Shown here: piece after piece, positions 13,780 to 29,489 of the stretch
Numbering within the stretch: the stretch's first letter is position 1
How the letters are laid out: the number at the start of each line of letters is the position of its first letter
NCBI RefSeq assembly: GCF_009914755.1
Contig: NC_060927.1
From: the human T2T-CHM13v2.0 reference genome, Homo sapiens
Reading direction: 5' to 3' (one strand)
DNA length: 64,000 bases
Notes under the pieces: model-generated
Database searches by the model: none
What the model was told of the DNA's origin: nothing
Seen by the model: only the letters and a program-made list of their open reading frames with translations
Position numbers and translations under genes: made by a program

Positions 13780-14380
13780 TCCTGATTTCATGATGTTAGA
13801 GTACTAGCTTTTTGTCTTCTGGTGAGGGGAGACAAAAAAACACAAATAGAAAAAAATCTACGCACAAATGATGATAAATTCAATGAAAAAAGGAAGCAAA
13901 TGAAGCAAACTAAGGGAGGTAGATAATGAAAGAAATAGGGGATATTTGAGCTACTTCTGACTAGGGTGGAAAGGACTACCTCTCTGATAAGGTAACATTT
14001 GAAAAGAGATTTGGAGGAAAGGAAACAGGAAGCCATGTGAAAATCTGGTAGAAGAACATTCCATTGCAGGAAACTCCAAGTACAAATGCCTTAGTGTGGA
14101 ATCACCTTGATGTGTTCCAGAAATAAGTAGCAAGGAAGCAAGTCTGCTTGGAGCAGAGGGAGAAGGATTTGAATGCTGATAGGGAGAGACAAGATGGGAA
14201 GAGGATGTGATTGGAGTTGAGAGAGAGATAGCAGAGAGTCAGATCCTGTTGTTGTAAATGGTCCTGGTCTTGAGGAGTGATTGCATTTCATGCTGAGACT
14301 GGAAGCTATTAGTATGGTTTAAATAAAGGAAAACATGATTTGACTTGGATTTTTAAAATATCACTCAGACACTCTGTGAC
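13780..14380 (-). mobile_element. L2 (L2a-like)
   Basis: cctctctgataaggtaacatttga...agccatgtgaaaatctgg...gaacattcca...aagtacaaatgcc are typical L2 antisense motifs. Confidence 0.75.
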
Positions 14381-14389
14381 AAACCCAGT

Positions 14390-14593
14390 AAGAGAGGTGT
14401 CGAACTCATACATTTTATCAGGAGCTCATTCTATAATAACTGACCATCTCCCACAGTAATGATATTAATTCATTCATGAAGGCAAAACTCTCATGATCAA
14501 ATCACCTTTTATTAGGCCCTACCTTTCAACATTGTTGCATTTGTGTTTAAATTTCCAACACATGAACTTTAGGGAACGCATCAAACAATAGCA
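14390..14593 (-). mobile_element. MaLR LTR fragment (MSTC/D or MLT1A-like)
   Basis: attaattcattcatgaaggcaaaactctcatgatcaaatcacc...tttccaacacatgaacttt...aaacaatagca. Confidence 0.75.
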
Positions 14594-14621
14594 TAACTAA
14601 AACTTATATTTCTTTAAATTA

Positions 14622-14919
14622 TAGATGCTCCTCAATTTATAATGGAAATATATCCTGATACATTCATCAAAAGTTTGAAATTTATTTAATACATTTGACC
14701 TACTGAACATCATAACTTAGGCTAGACTAACTTAAACATTCTCAGAACACTTACATTAGCCTATAGTTGGACAAAATAATCTTTAAAAAGCCCATTTTAT
14801 AATAAAGTGTTGAATATCCCCTATAATTTATTGAATACTGTACTGAGTGCATATAGCTTTAGCATCATCTTGAAGTCAAAAAAGCAAAAGTCACACTATC
14901 ATAAGTTAGGGGCCAGCTG
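14622..14919 (+). mobile_element. MER47A-like Tigger (TcMar) non-autonomous DNA transposon
   Basis: TA|tagatgctcctcaattta...aacatcataacttagg...cacttacattagcctatagttgg...aagttaggggccagctg|TA, with degenerate TIRs and a TA target duplication. Confidence 0.85.
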
Positions 14920-15575
14920 TATACATAAATAATTGGAAGTATGAATAAACAGAAACACAATTTTTTCCATTTTACTTTCCAAGACTTGTTTTGGTAAAGT
15001 GCCTTTTGAAATACTGAAACCAGTTGTGAACTTTCCATAAAGGAAGACTAATCTCAATTCCTAAGAATGAACGTCTCTCTCACATAGGGTAAAATACACA
15101 TAGTTGGAGACAGTGGGCCTTTTCAAAGTGTAGTAATTACAATACACTTCCAATAACCTTGGTAAATGTGATGACAATACACAAAAAAGAGAGTATTTGG
15201 CCCTGTAAGTAGGCCCTTATCTTTGAGTTGTCACTGGAACATTTTTATTACAGTAGAAAATACAATGGCCAACCACATCTTCCTTGGTTTCTTCACCTTG
15301 CCTTCACAAATACATGAATACTATTTTCCCCTTTCTTAACTTTTTCACAAAATTTTAGGCAGTAGCCCTGGATGATGATGGCACTTGCAATTAGATGGTG
15401 ACTGATTAGCCTTGAAACACTGAAATAACAGAAATGAAATTCTGAAGATGAAATAGTATGGGTGTTAGCACAAGAATTCCCCTTCAAAATAATGGTGATC
15501 AGCCAGGTAGGCTGTGTATAGGGTCTTCATTGTGCCTTTGAGTTATCACAGCTTTCTTACTTCCAGTATGCAAAA

Positions 15576-15635
15576 CTAAACTAAACTAAACTAAACTAAA
15601 CTAAACTAAACTAAACTAAACTAAACTAAACTAAA
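15576..15635 (+). repeat. (CTAAA)12 pentanucleotide microsatellite
   Basis: Twelve perfect units read directly. Confidence 0.98.
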
Positions 15636-15844
15636 TTAAAAAGGGGAAGAGAGGAGAGGAAAAATAAAAGGCAAGAAAACACAGCAATGAACCAAACAAA
15701 TTTATAGCTGTAGAAGATGGGGAACATTTAAGGCCATTTATACTATCTAACCCTTTGACTTGATTCGATTTCTGTGGAAGTAAAATAGGCAAGTCAAATT
15801 ATTCCCACGCTAGATTTTTTTTTTACTCATTTCCTTTTTGTAAG

Positions 15845-17050
<1,206 letters not shown>

Positions 17051-17664
17051 CATTTCTTGAAGGAGTAAAATAATAATGAAGCTACTAAATTTTAAATTTA
17101 TCAAGGGTTCTTTTTGTCTATTTTCTATACATGAACTTTGGAGTCAGTCATGAAATAAACCACCAAAGCTCATAGAGAAGGTTTCACTGGAATTCAATGT
17201 CTGAACTTGCTTAACGAGGACCACCATAGAGTTAAGCAAAATGCTTGTTATTTCTGTAACTTAAAAACCAGCATTTCAGAGCACCCAGTTCTGTAATATT
17301 TCTTACAAAGTAAATGGGATATTTTCATCAAAGCCCAAGCAAATAAAGAAGTAGTGTTGCTGATGTGTCATTCCAAAGATCTCTTAATAGTTCTGAAATA
17401 TAGTAACAGCTTTTGGTTGTTGTTTTACCCCTTTAGATTAGAGCACAGTAAGTATGTTTACTTCCAGGGCCAATGTTGAGTAAAAGTGAAAAATTTATTT
17501 TTTATAATCCTCCTTATTTTCTAACTTTAGGTATCCAAGTGTCAAAACTCCTCACTTTTCTCTTCTTGGCCATGTTCCCAGCACCATACCTCCTTACTTA
17601 TGCCTGTCTTTTGCACACATACAAAAACCCATCTCTGGGTTTTTTTCCTACATCATTTTTCCAC

Positions 17665-17960
17665 TACCTCATTTATTCATTCATTTACTTATTCATTCAA
17701 CCATTCACTAGTCAGTTAACACATATTTCTTGATAGCTTACTATGTGCTCGACCACATGCCAGTCACTGGTCATGCAGCTGTAAGCAAGACGTATGTTTC
17801 TGTGCTCATGGATACTAGTGGAAAGAGTCAAAGAATGGAAGAGAAAGAATAAAAAGGTGAAAAGAAAAACTATCAGGGAGTGATAAGTGATACAAGGAGA
17901 ACTAAGTAAGTTTGTATTTCAGTAAATGACTAGGGATATGCCTTCCTGTACTAGGTTCTC
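17665..17960 (-). mobile_element. L2 3' end
   Basis: (ATTC)n-like tail followed by ttactatgtgc...ctgtaagcaagac...tgctcatgga. Confidence 0.7.
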
Positions 17961-19050
17961 CTAGGACTCCACTCTTGGATTTCCAAAGTATCAACTAATC
18001 TGAAATAATAATTAACATTTCCTTGTCAATGACTTCCCCTCCTGTCTCCCCTTTAATTAATGTAATTTCTGATATTTGACTCTAGAGATAACATCACCCA
18101 AATAAATGACTAATAGTAGACATTTCAAGTACTAAAGTGACAGGGTGAGATATTTAGGAACAAGCTATCATTTGTCACCCAGGCTGCCCCAGAGTTTGGC
18201 TCTGCTTGGCTCTTCTTTATTTCTTTTATAGACTTCTGAGCTCTTCGTGCCTCTGGCTTTTTCCACTGCATTGCACAGGAAAGAACTTTTAACCACTCCC
18301 TGGCGAGTTGTTTCTCTTTTGTCTTCTTGGATCTGTCCCCAGTCAATCCTGTCTCCCTTCACAGCAGTTGCTGTCTGCCATTGCCTCCTGGCCATATCAT
18401 TCTTCCTCTATCATGGATCAGATTATCTTGTTTTTGCCCCTCTGAAGGTCATTTCATCCAATATGCAGAAGTCCTTTTCATTTTTGATTTTTTTTTTTTA
18501 CTGGAGAATGACAAGTTGTCTAGCATTTCAAGGAATGAAAGCCTAAATAAAGGCATTTTCTTGTGTCTTAAAAATTCCTTCTGACTCTATGCAACTTTGG
18601 TTTGCCACCTTTCCAAAGAAAATGAAAGACCAAGATCATTAGTTTACAAACTTTATGAGTCTCTAAAATTCTTATGGGTTGCTTTTCATATCTTAGACTC
18701 CAAATCCTCATTGCAGGACTGGGGCAGAGTTAGCTGCTGGAGGAGCAGACACAAAACAAACATATCCCAAATGGGCATATTATTCTTCTTTCAAGAAACC
18801 CTTGGGGGATAGTTAGTTTGAGGAGCCAGAAGGAGGGAAGACCACATTTATATCTTTCAAGCGTACAAACCTTAATGCCAAAGAGATAATCCAAGGATGG
18901 TAGAGGAAAGAGGTAAGCTGACTAACAAAGTGGTCTGTACACGAAGTAGGTGGGAGAAAGCACACACTGTAATATGAAGAGCAGGTCTAAATGCTGCCTG
19001 CCCCAGATGGAAATACTAGGTTACTCTGAAATGATTCATTAAAACTCAGG

Positions 19051-19198
19051 ATGATGGGTGTGGTGGCTTACACCTGTAATCCCAACACTTTAAGAGGCCA
19101 AGGCAGGAGTACCATTTGGGGCCAGGAGTTTAAGACCAGCCTGGGCAACATAGTGAGGCCTCATCCCTACCAAAACACAAACAACAACAACAAAAAAA
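19051..19198 (+). mobile_element. FLAM / free left Alu monomer
   Basis: A single Alu left arm with an A/C-rich tail; TSD-like aaaactcagg / aaagcttagg. Confidence 0.85.
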
Positions 19199-19530
19199 GC
19201 TTAGGGATTAGCCTGTAAGTTCCTCTTCTAGGCCCCAGGAATTCACAGCAGTGGTGGAGTCTTGCTTTGGAGGGTCATTTCAACTGCACCAGGAGAAAAC
19301 CTACGTGTCTATCACAGGCCCTGGGAATACTGCCAGTCACCAAACTCTGAAAATCAGCTCACTGGAACTCTAGAATTTAATGGAAGAGTTTGAAATGCCT
19401 AATTTTAGAATAATTTTCTATGTAATACAAAATGTGAGGTTTGAAGGGGTCTTTTGATATCATTTATGCCACAAACGGGTTGGCATAAATGCCACAAATG
19501 GGTTAGCATAAATGAGGATGTTGATATCTA

Positions 19531-20025
19531 TGTAGCGGAGAAAAGGTAATTTCTTTTCCTCTCTCATCACAAGGGTCATGGTGGACACACCTGTAATTAA
19601 AGACAAGTTCCAAATATATTTGACAACACTTTACATGACCATAGGAGGCTTCAGAAATAAAGACCCAAAGACTAAAAGAAAACTGTGTATTTTTATGCTT
19701 AGGTTCAGTAAGGAATGGATAGTCATGTAAAAGGATGACTGAATAAAAGGGATATGATCTAATGGTAATAAACTGGAAGTAAATTAGCAAGGCCTGTTTG
19801 TTCAGATTCTTCTTGGTCTCTCCATGTAGCATTCCTTCCTCCTGAGTATGAGGCAGGATCCCTCTGGAATGATCTACTTTCAGACAAGATAAGTCAGAAA
19901 CTTTCTTTATGGTCAATTCTCACACAAAAACCAGGAGAGAGTCAAAGTGATCTTCCCGATTCTTTGACCCTCTCAATCTCCTTCAGTTCAAGGTACTTTC
20001 GGCTAACATTTTCTAAGCCTCAGCA
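19531..20025 (-). mobile_element. Solo ERV1-class LTR (MER34/MER39-group-like)
   Basis: TG...CA termini, ~495 bp. The minus strand begins tgctgaggcttagaaaa...tgaactgaaggag. The 4-bp flanks are tcta / ccta. Exact family uncertain. Confidence 0.7.
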
Positions 20026-20159
20026 CCTAAATGGGTAGACTGACTTGCTCACTTAAGAACAAACATGCAGTAAAGTTGAAAACTCATGAAAATATATGAA
20101 CTTTAACCCATACTCTGCTAATAAATTCGAGTTTAATTTTAGAGTTTACATATTCTCTT

Positions 20160-20745
20160 ATCATCTCACCCCAGTTAAAATGGCTTTTATTAAAAAGATA
20201 GAGAATAAAGAATGCTGGCAACCTTGTGGAGAAAGGGGAACCCCCGTACATTGTTGGTGAGAAAGTAAACTAGTACAGAATGGAAAACAGTATAGAGGTT
20301 CCTCAAAAAACTAAAAATAGAACTGCCAAGTGCTACAGCAGTTCCACTACTGGGTATACATCCAAAAGAAAGGAAATCAATATATTGAAGAGATATCTGC
20401 ACATCTATGTTTATTGCAGCACTATTCACAATAGCTAAGATATGGAATCAACCTAAGTGTCCATCAACAAATGAATGGATTAAAAAAATGTGTTATATAT
20501 ACACAATGGAATATTATTCAGCCATAAAATATTAAATTTTATAATTTGCAGCAACATCAGTGGAGCTAGACATCATTACGTTAAGTAAAATAAGCCAAAC
20601 ACAGAATGACAAACAAATATTGTATATTCTCAAACATAAGTGGGAGCTAAAAAAATGGATTTTGTGAAGATACAGTAGATTGGTGGTTACCAGAGGCTAG
20701 GAAGGTTAACACGGAGGTAGAGGATGAAGACACTTTTGATTGTAC
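20160..20745 (+). mobile_element. L1MA 3' fragment
   Basis: tatcatctcaccccagttaaaatggc...atgtttattgcagcactattcacaatagc...gtgggagctaaaaaa. Confidence 0.85.
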
Positions 20746-21294
20746 ACCCTACTATATACTTCATTAGGTTAAAAACAACCAGATTTGTTCACACAGACCC
20801 ACTATATTAATTTTTGTTCACAAAATACATCTACATACTACTGACCTAATATGTAACTATAAAAAATTTAAAATATACCTAAGAAATATTAAAATAAGAC
20901 AAATTAAAATGCATATTTTATATTAATTAATAACAATATAAAATTATTTTGTTTTTACTTAAATTTTGTTGAAAGTAAATATTCCTCACTGTAAAAATAA
21001 ATCTTAGTTTTACAGTTTATGTTATAGTGATTCAAAACCTGGTTTTAGTTCACCTTATTTTATATTCCGTACTAATAGCTGCTTTAGTTTTAAAAAGATT
21101 ACTAACAGCCTGTAGGTCTCAAATGAAAACAAGAATATCATTGGTTGCCATTATATCTTGAGATCCACTTTTTACTGTCATCCACCAATTGTGAATAATT
21201 TTTGCCAAAATTCAGTGAGTAAAGTTTCATCTTCTCTAATGTCAATCTATTGTTTCTGAAATGTGATTAGAAAGTGATCTATTTTTCTTTGTTT

Positions 21295-23137
<1,843 letters not shown>

Positions 23138-23769
23138 GTGACCTATTTTTATATTTTTAGAAAATAATAATTTTTAAATTAAAATATTCTAGATTAAACA
23201 TTTTCCAAATGAAAGGTTCAAAATACACTGAATCATTTGGAAAATATTCAGACTAGAATATTTTAATTTCAAGATTATTATATATACAGTTGATAATTAA
23301 TGTATATATTACTTTTGTTAGCAAGTCACATAATGGAATGTTCCTCTTCTCTTTCCACCCCCATCCTCTTCATAAAAGCGGTGACTATTGGAAAGCTGAT
23401 TCTTTCTCACTTACTGCTGAAATGTCAGCTTTATCTGTAAGAGCCAAATTAATTGCAAAGGGTCAAGCTAATTGTGTTTATCATAAAATATATCTACTAG
23501 GTAGCATACTGTTGACAGTAACTGTTAACTCATATCTAAGGTCAAGTTCAGGATGTGTATTTTGGCAAAAGTGTTTAGCTTATCTTTAAACTCAACACTT
23601 TAAACTCAACACTATACCGGTTGAGTGAGGGCACCAGTATAAAATCTCTAAATTAACCTTTTTAAATATTGGCAAAGTTGAATATTTTTTCTCTCTTTAA
23701 AAAACAATGGACATTTACTATGTTCTTCCTCACCCATGTGGATCAGGTTGCATGTCCTTTTGCATTCCT

Positions 23770-24403
23770 ATGCTGGTTATTCATCTATATTGTCTCTTGG
23801 ATACAAATCCACCCTTTTTACTATACTCAGTAAAGCTGTGATTAGGAAATTGCAATTTATATTTGCCAGATTCCTTTCTAGCTGGCTTCCTCTTGAGTTC
23901 TGCCAATATGAGGCAATATTGCAAAGGTAGATTGCAAAGGTAGATTGGAAAGCAGAGAGGAGAGAACTTTGTGGTTTTTTCTTGATTTCTTATTAGCATT
24001 GCCTTAACAATAACAATTCATATGAGCAGTAGTAGTTCAGCCCAGAAGCCACAGTTTACTCCAGCTTTTGGGTTCTTTCACTGCTTCCAGAGCCAGCCTC
24101 ATCTTACCCATCAGAGGTCCCAGCAGGAACCTGGTGATGCTGCTTTCTTAAAGATCTGAGCACTAACTCTGCAAGGGATTCCTCTGAGATTTTAGACTCT
24201 GGTAACTTTAGAATCTTCCCTTCTTTTCTCTCAGACTGAGGCTAGTGTCTACTTCCTTATGTTATTATCTCTGGGTTAAAAAAAATGTTCTTCTTTTGTC
24301 CTTTCACTCCTTCAATGCCTGTGAAACCAATTCTTTATGTTAAATTTGCTCCCTGGAATACCTAACATGGTATCTCTTTTCTGACTGGACCTTAACTGAT
24401 GCA
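23770..24403 (+). mobile_element. ERVL-class LTR (LTR33-like)
   Basis: aaatccacccttt...tttgccagattcc...agctggcttcc...ttctgccaat; ends ttctgactggaccttaactgatgca. Confidence 0.65.
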
Positions 24404-24430
24404 ACTTATTTCTACAATAAAAAGTCTTAG

Positions 24431-24510
24431 AAGTCTCCACTTCATTAATGACAGTAGCAAAACAAAGATGAAGTCCCCACTTCATTAATGACAGTAGCAA
24501 AACAAAGATG
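24431..24510 (+). repeat. 40-bp tandem duplication
   Basis: aagtc(t/c)ccacttcattaatgacagtagcaaaacaaagatg occurs twice, 39/40 identical. Confidence 0.97.
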
Positions 24511-25330
24511 ACTAAATATATAAAAAACTTAATGGAATATGAAAGCAAAACTTTATAATTTTGAAGAAAATTTAGGTTCATATTATTATATACTCATGGG
24601 AAAGAATTAAGAAAAAATTTTTAAAGAGGAAATAAGGACAAGTTATAAGTGAAACAACTGATAAATTTGACTACATTCAATATAAAATGCCTGTGTCTCA
24701 AAAGGTGCCATAAATAAAAGGTAAGTAATACACCAGGAGAAGACATTATAGTACATATAACTGAGAAACCATTAAAATCCAGAATATAAAATAATTCTAA
24801 AAGCTAACAAGAAAACAAACAGTCCCATGGAAAACTAATGAATGACTTAGAGAAATAATTAATTAAAAAGGAAACCTCAATGGCTAATAAATATATTTAA
24901 AGTTTCTCAACTTTACTTGCAAATATAGAAATGTAAATGAAAGCAACAGGAAGACACCATTTCATCATGAAGGCAAAATTAAGTCTGAAAATACCAAATA
25001 TTGGCAACAATGTTGAGAAAGAGATACTGGTGTATACTGCTGCAATAAAAATTGTTTCAAGTTCTTTTTAGTGTAAACTGCTTGAGATTCTTTGAAGACC
25101 AATTTTGAAATATCTAATAAGGCAAAGATGTGTACATCTCACATACACAACAATTCTAGTTTTATAATACTTATAAGGAGACATGAGCTAGGATATCGGA
25201 TGTAACATTGTTAGTAACATAAAAAACTTAAAATAATTGAGATGTCCATTAGCATGGAAATGGATAAATATTTGCACAGTGGAACTATTTAGTGACTAAA
25301 GTGATTAAAGAAAACTGTATTTCCCAACAT
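24511..25330 (+). mobile_element. Ancient L1 (L1ME-like) ORF2 remnant
   Basis: gataaatttgactacatt...aatccagaatataaa...aatggctaataaat...tgtccatt...ggaaatggataaat. Confidence 0.65.
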
Positions 25331-25419
25331 CAAAACAACAACAACAACAGCAACAACAACAACAAAACTCCATAGATGCTTTTTGCTGAAAGTAACAAAA
25401 AAAGAAATGCATGAACTCA

Positions 25420-25890
25420 TCTGTAAAGAAGGCTGAGATGCTATGGCTTGAAGATTGATTAAGATAGCCTCTCCCTGTTTTGCCTGTATTTCTGCTCTGC
25501 CATCCATATTACGTGGACTTATCTTCAGGCCAATTTTCTCAATGCAGCAAGACAGCTGCACAATTCTGGGTCTCATATTCAAATATGACAGCATCCAGCA
25601 GAAAATGAAGCCATTTATTTGTGTGCTTTCAAGAATAAGAAATCTTTCTCAGAAGCCTACCAGTAGCATTCTGCCTGTTTCATTGACTGTAATTACATTG
25701 CATGCCCTGCATAATTCACTCACAGGAAATGAGTAAGATTACCATGGTTGCTTAGACAAATTAGAATTTACACTTGACATGGAAATAGGCTCTCCTCCCT
25801 GAAAGGATGTACCTATTGTATCTCAAGAAAACTGGAGCTCTGTTAACAAGGAATGGAGAGCAAATAGTTAATGGGCAGACAGCTACCAAC
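25420..25890 (-). mobile_element. Old MLT1 LTR (K/L-like)
   Basis: aagacagctgc...tctcagaagcc...ttcattgac...catgccc...ttaccatggttgcttagac...ctctgttaacaagga. Confidence 0.6.
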
Positions 25891-28800
25891 TCTAGTTTAA
25901 CCTGGAATAAAAATAATACAATATATAGAAGAACATTTACAGTTTTGTGTCCTTGTAGACATTTTTAAAGCACTGAAAACAATAATGAAATTGTGTAAAG
26001 ATACAAACACACATAATGAGTGGTCAAAACCAAAGGCAGACACTTTACATAGCGGCTATTGGGCTGCCCCATTGAACAACTGGGGTCTACAGTGCACAGC
26101 TTGCCTCTCTTAGCATTGTGTTTGACTCAGTGGCCTTCTGGTTTTCTTTAGGGAGAGAGGAAAGGGAATAAGATGTGGAGAGATGCATCAGCAATAGCTA
26201 CACATTTTATTTATTTTAATAAAGAAGCAAATATAGCAATTGCTAACATTTGTTAACTCTGGGAGGCAAATGAAATCCATCATTTTTAGACATAAAATAG
26301 TTTTAGAGCTGAAGCTCAGGGTACACTTTGTTGTGTTCAAATTCCTGAGTGTTGATTATCTGGCTTCTTGAAAAAAGGAAAACAGTATTTCACAGTACAA
26401 ATTTGGTACATTTTAACTCAAAACAAGTATATTTGCTTTGGCAAAACTGTGCGAGATTTATGAATGATGATTAAAATGATCAAAATGTTACCATTTCATT
26501 GTTACAATTCCAAAAAAGTCATTCCCCAACATGAATTCCCAGACAAATGTGAATGTAGCTTTTGGCTATTTTTTTAAATTGCAAGTTTGTTTTGGTTTAT
26601 TCATTCATGTAAATCACTAGGGAACAGGTAAGCTTCTGTTTCCTTCCTAAACTAACCCCTGTTTATGTACACACCCTAAAAGGTCAAATGTAGGCAGGAA
26701 CCACTGCTTAAGCCCTGGGAAATATATTCTAGGTGATCATAAACATAACCACATTTTTTCTTTGTTTTTTTTCCTAATCATTTGTATTTATTAGAGTATG
26801 TTTCGACTTCTCATGAAGTTGTCAGGAAAGTCACAATTTTTAGTTCCCTTCCATCCTCACCCTTACAGAATAAGGAGCTTCTACACAAATTAGGAGAAAC
26901 AGGGGTTCACCTAGCCTCTTGCCCATGAACCTCAGAGATCTTTCTTTTTGCTAGGTAGGGACAAAGAAGAAAAATATGTTTTATTTCGGCCATTAAAACT
27001 TCACATGTTTGGAAAATGGCTCATGCTTTAATAAGGGACTTCCCGCTGATTATTTTCTGTCATCAATATTCAGAAAACCCAACCAAAAATATTTCTGCGG
27101 ATCCGCAAATAGACTGGTAAGTCCTCATTTTACATTCCTGAGCAACAGCGTCTAGGTGCCCCTTAACCATTGGAAACAGTGTGGTCAGAGAGAGTTGGCA
27201 CAGGTCTCAGAGCTGTGGCCTCCCTTGGGCTTCTCATTTTCTACTGGCTCACCAACCTATTGGCCAGAAGTAGATCCTGCATTGGATGCTGTATTGGGAG
27301 TCCAGGTGGTCTGAAGGGAGAGGGGTTTCTTATTCCTCTCACCGTCTCCATTTCCACTTCTCAAAGATTCAGGAGGGGCTATTTCTGGACACTTCATCCA
27401 AAGCTATAGGTAGACAAAACCTGATCATAAAAAGTGCTGTTACTGTCACTAATGTCTAAATATCAGATTAAAGGAAAAGACAGTCCTGAATCATAGCATA
27501 GCTTTGCATCAATTGGTCTTACTAAAAAATGAATGGATATCCTTTGTTGCTTGTGCTCCATGTACTTACAATATTGTGAATATTATTTGCACTTACAACA
27601 ATATTGTGAATATTATTTCTGCTTGCCAGTTAAAACTTAACTTCCTCTTTCTGAAACAGTTTATGAATGTTATATTATAGATTTGCATCATTAACCTTTA
27701 GACAGGACTGCAGTTTAGTGGTTTTAAAGAGCAATTTAATGGTGGGTGTAGCTTGAATGATGCAGGAGAATGGTATTAGAGGTTGTTCTGGAGACAAGTA
27801 TAATTGCGCTATTTTTCACTTAATTCAAAAGGCATCTGAGCAGAGAAATTCTACTGTTGACTCACCTTAAGTGAACCGCTCAGCCACTGTCTCAGTTTTC
27901 GCTGTAGTCAGCACAAGATTTTTATGCCTACCTGTCACACCAGCATTTTAGAGGGTACCAATGGCAGTGTTTCCCTGACTGGGTTGAATCTGATCAATTT
28001 CCAGCCAGAATTAGTTCAGATTTTTATGAAAAAGAAGTATTACATGTGATTTAAATATAATTTTTTACTTATAGGAACACCTAGGATTAGTATTCCTTAG
28101 ATTTTTGTATACAGCCTTCCTCCTAAGAGTTCAAAGCACTTTTATATATAAAATTTCATTTATTTTCACCCAACTCCTGTAATGTAAGTCAAGGTCAGGT
28201 TTTAATTATTCTTTGCATTCCATGAAGATGATATGCTATTATTTTATTGCAAGTGAAGATTTCAAAGATACTGTCTCAAAGTAAAATAAAAAAAAATCAG
28301 TTTCTTTTTCTGAATACATGCATTGCCATCAAGCTTTGGCAGGCCTGCACTTGACCTTTTGTACTTTCTATTATCTAAATACTTATTTGGCTTTAGGAAA
28401 CCAGCCATGTGTGTCTGGAATTATTACTAAATGTAGCCCTCAGATTGCAATACCATTTTACAACTTTAAGAAAAGGGTAAAATTGGCAATATTGCGGTTT
28501 TGAAAAATCTCTTCTGAGTGAAGGCATGGACCACTATCTACTTCAACTTCCACTGGGTGCTTTTGCCTAAAGCACTGTCAGGCTACAGCCTTACACTAAT
28601 AATATGACTAACTGTAGTCTGTAGGACCAAATATTCCAGGTTACAATCTTATCAGAGGAAGACAGAAACTGCAGAGAGGAGATGAAGGTCACCCCCACAC
28701 CCCAATTCTATTGCCCTATTTTTTTGGGATTTAAAGACAGACAGAGGAACCCCTCCATCTCATGGTTGGATCTCAGATATATTTGCCTTTGTCATAGGTT

Positions 28801-29489
28801 TCCAACTGGAGAAGTGGTTTCCAAGTGGAGAAGCCTAAATTTCTAGCAGTTCTCAAAGGCAAAAATAAAAATCCAGATATGTTCATTACTTTTATCTAGC
28901 TATTCTACAATGTATACATATATGAAAATGCTGTGATGTACACCACAAATATATATGATTTTTATTTGGCAATTAAAAGATGAAATCAATCAATTAGTTA
29001 AAAAAGCATCATCTGTGCAAAAATATATAAACATCAATAGTTAATTCTAATAAATTTTGAAGTCTCACATTAATCAGTTATATTCACATCCTTGTTTTAG
29101 TTGCAAGAATATCAACATAGTACGGTAACACAGTAATCTTATGCTGAAGAACAACTTCAACTGGCTATTTGTGATTTTGAAAAAAAACAGCAATTTAATT
29201 TTTAGTTAATATATGTGGTGATCTTTGTGGAACACAGAAATTGTTTCAAATCTGAAGCCTGTGGGAGAAACTATGGTGGTGGGAACATTGGCTACTTCTG
29301 TCATCAGTTTGAGGTCACCATCATCAAGTGTGCAGAGCCCTCCACTTTATAGTTCTCACCTTATTTGGCTTGACTCCTCACACAGACACCTGAAGATCCT
29401 AGAACTTCTGACTGCTAAGTATTAAGAGCCCAATAAATGTCCATTAAAAGAAACAGCTAGAAACAGACGGGTTCCACTTCTTAAGAGTC

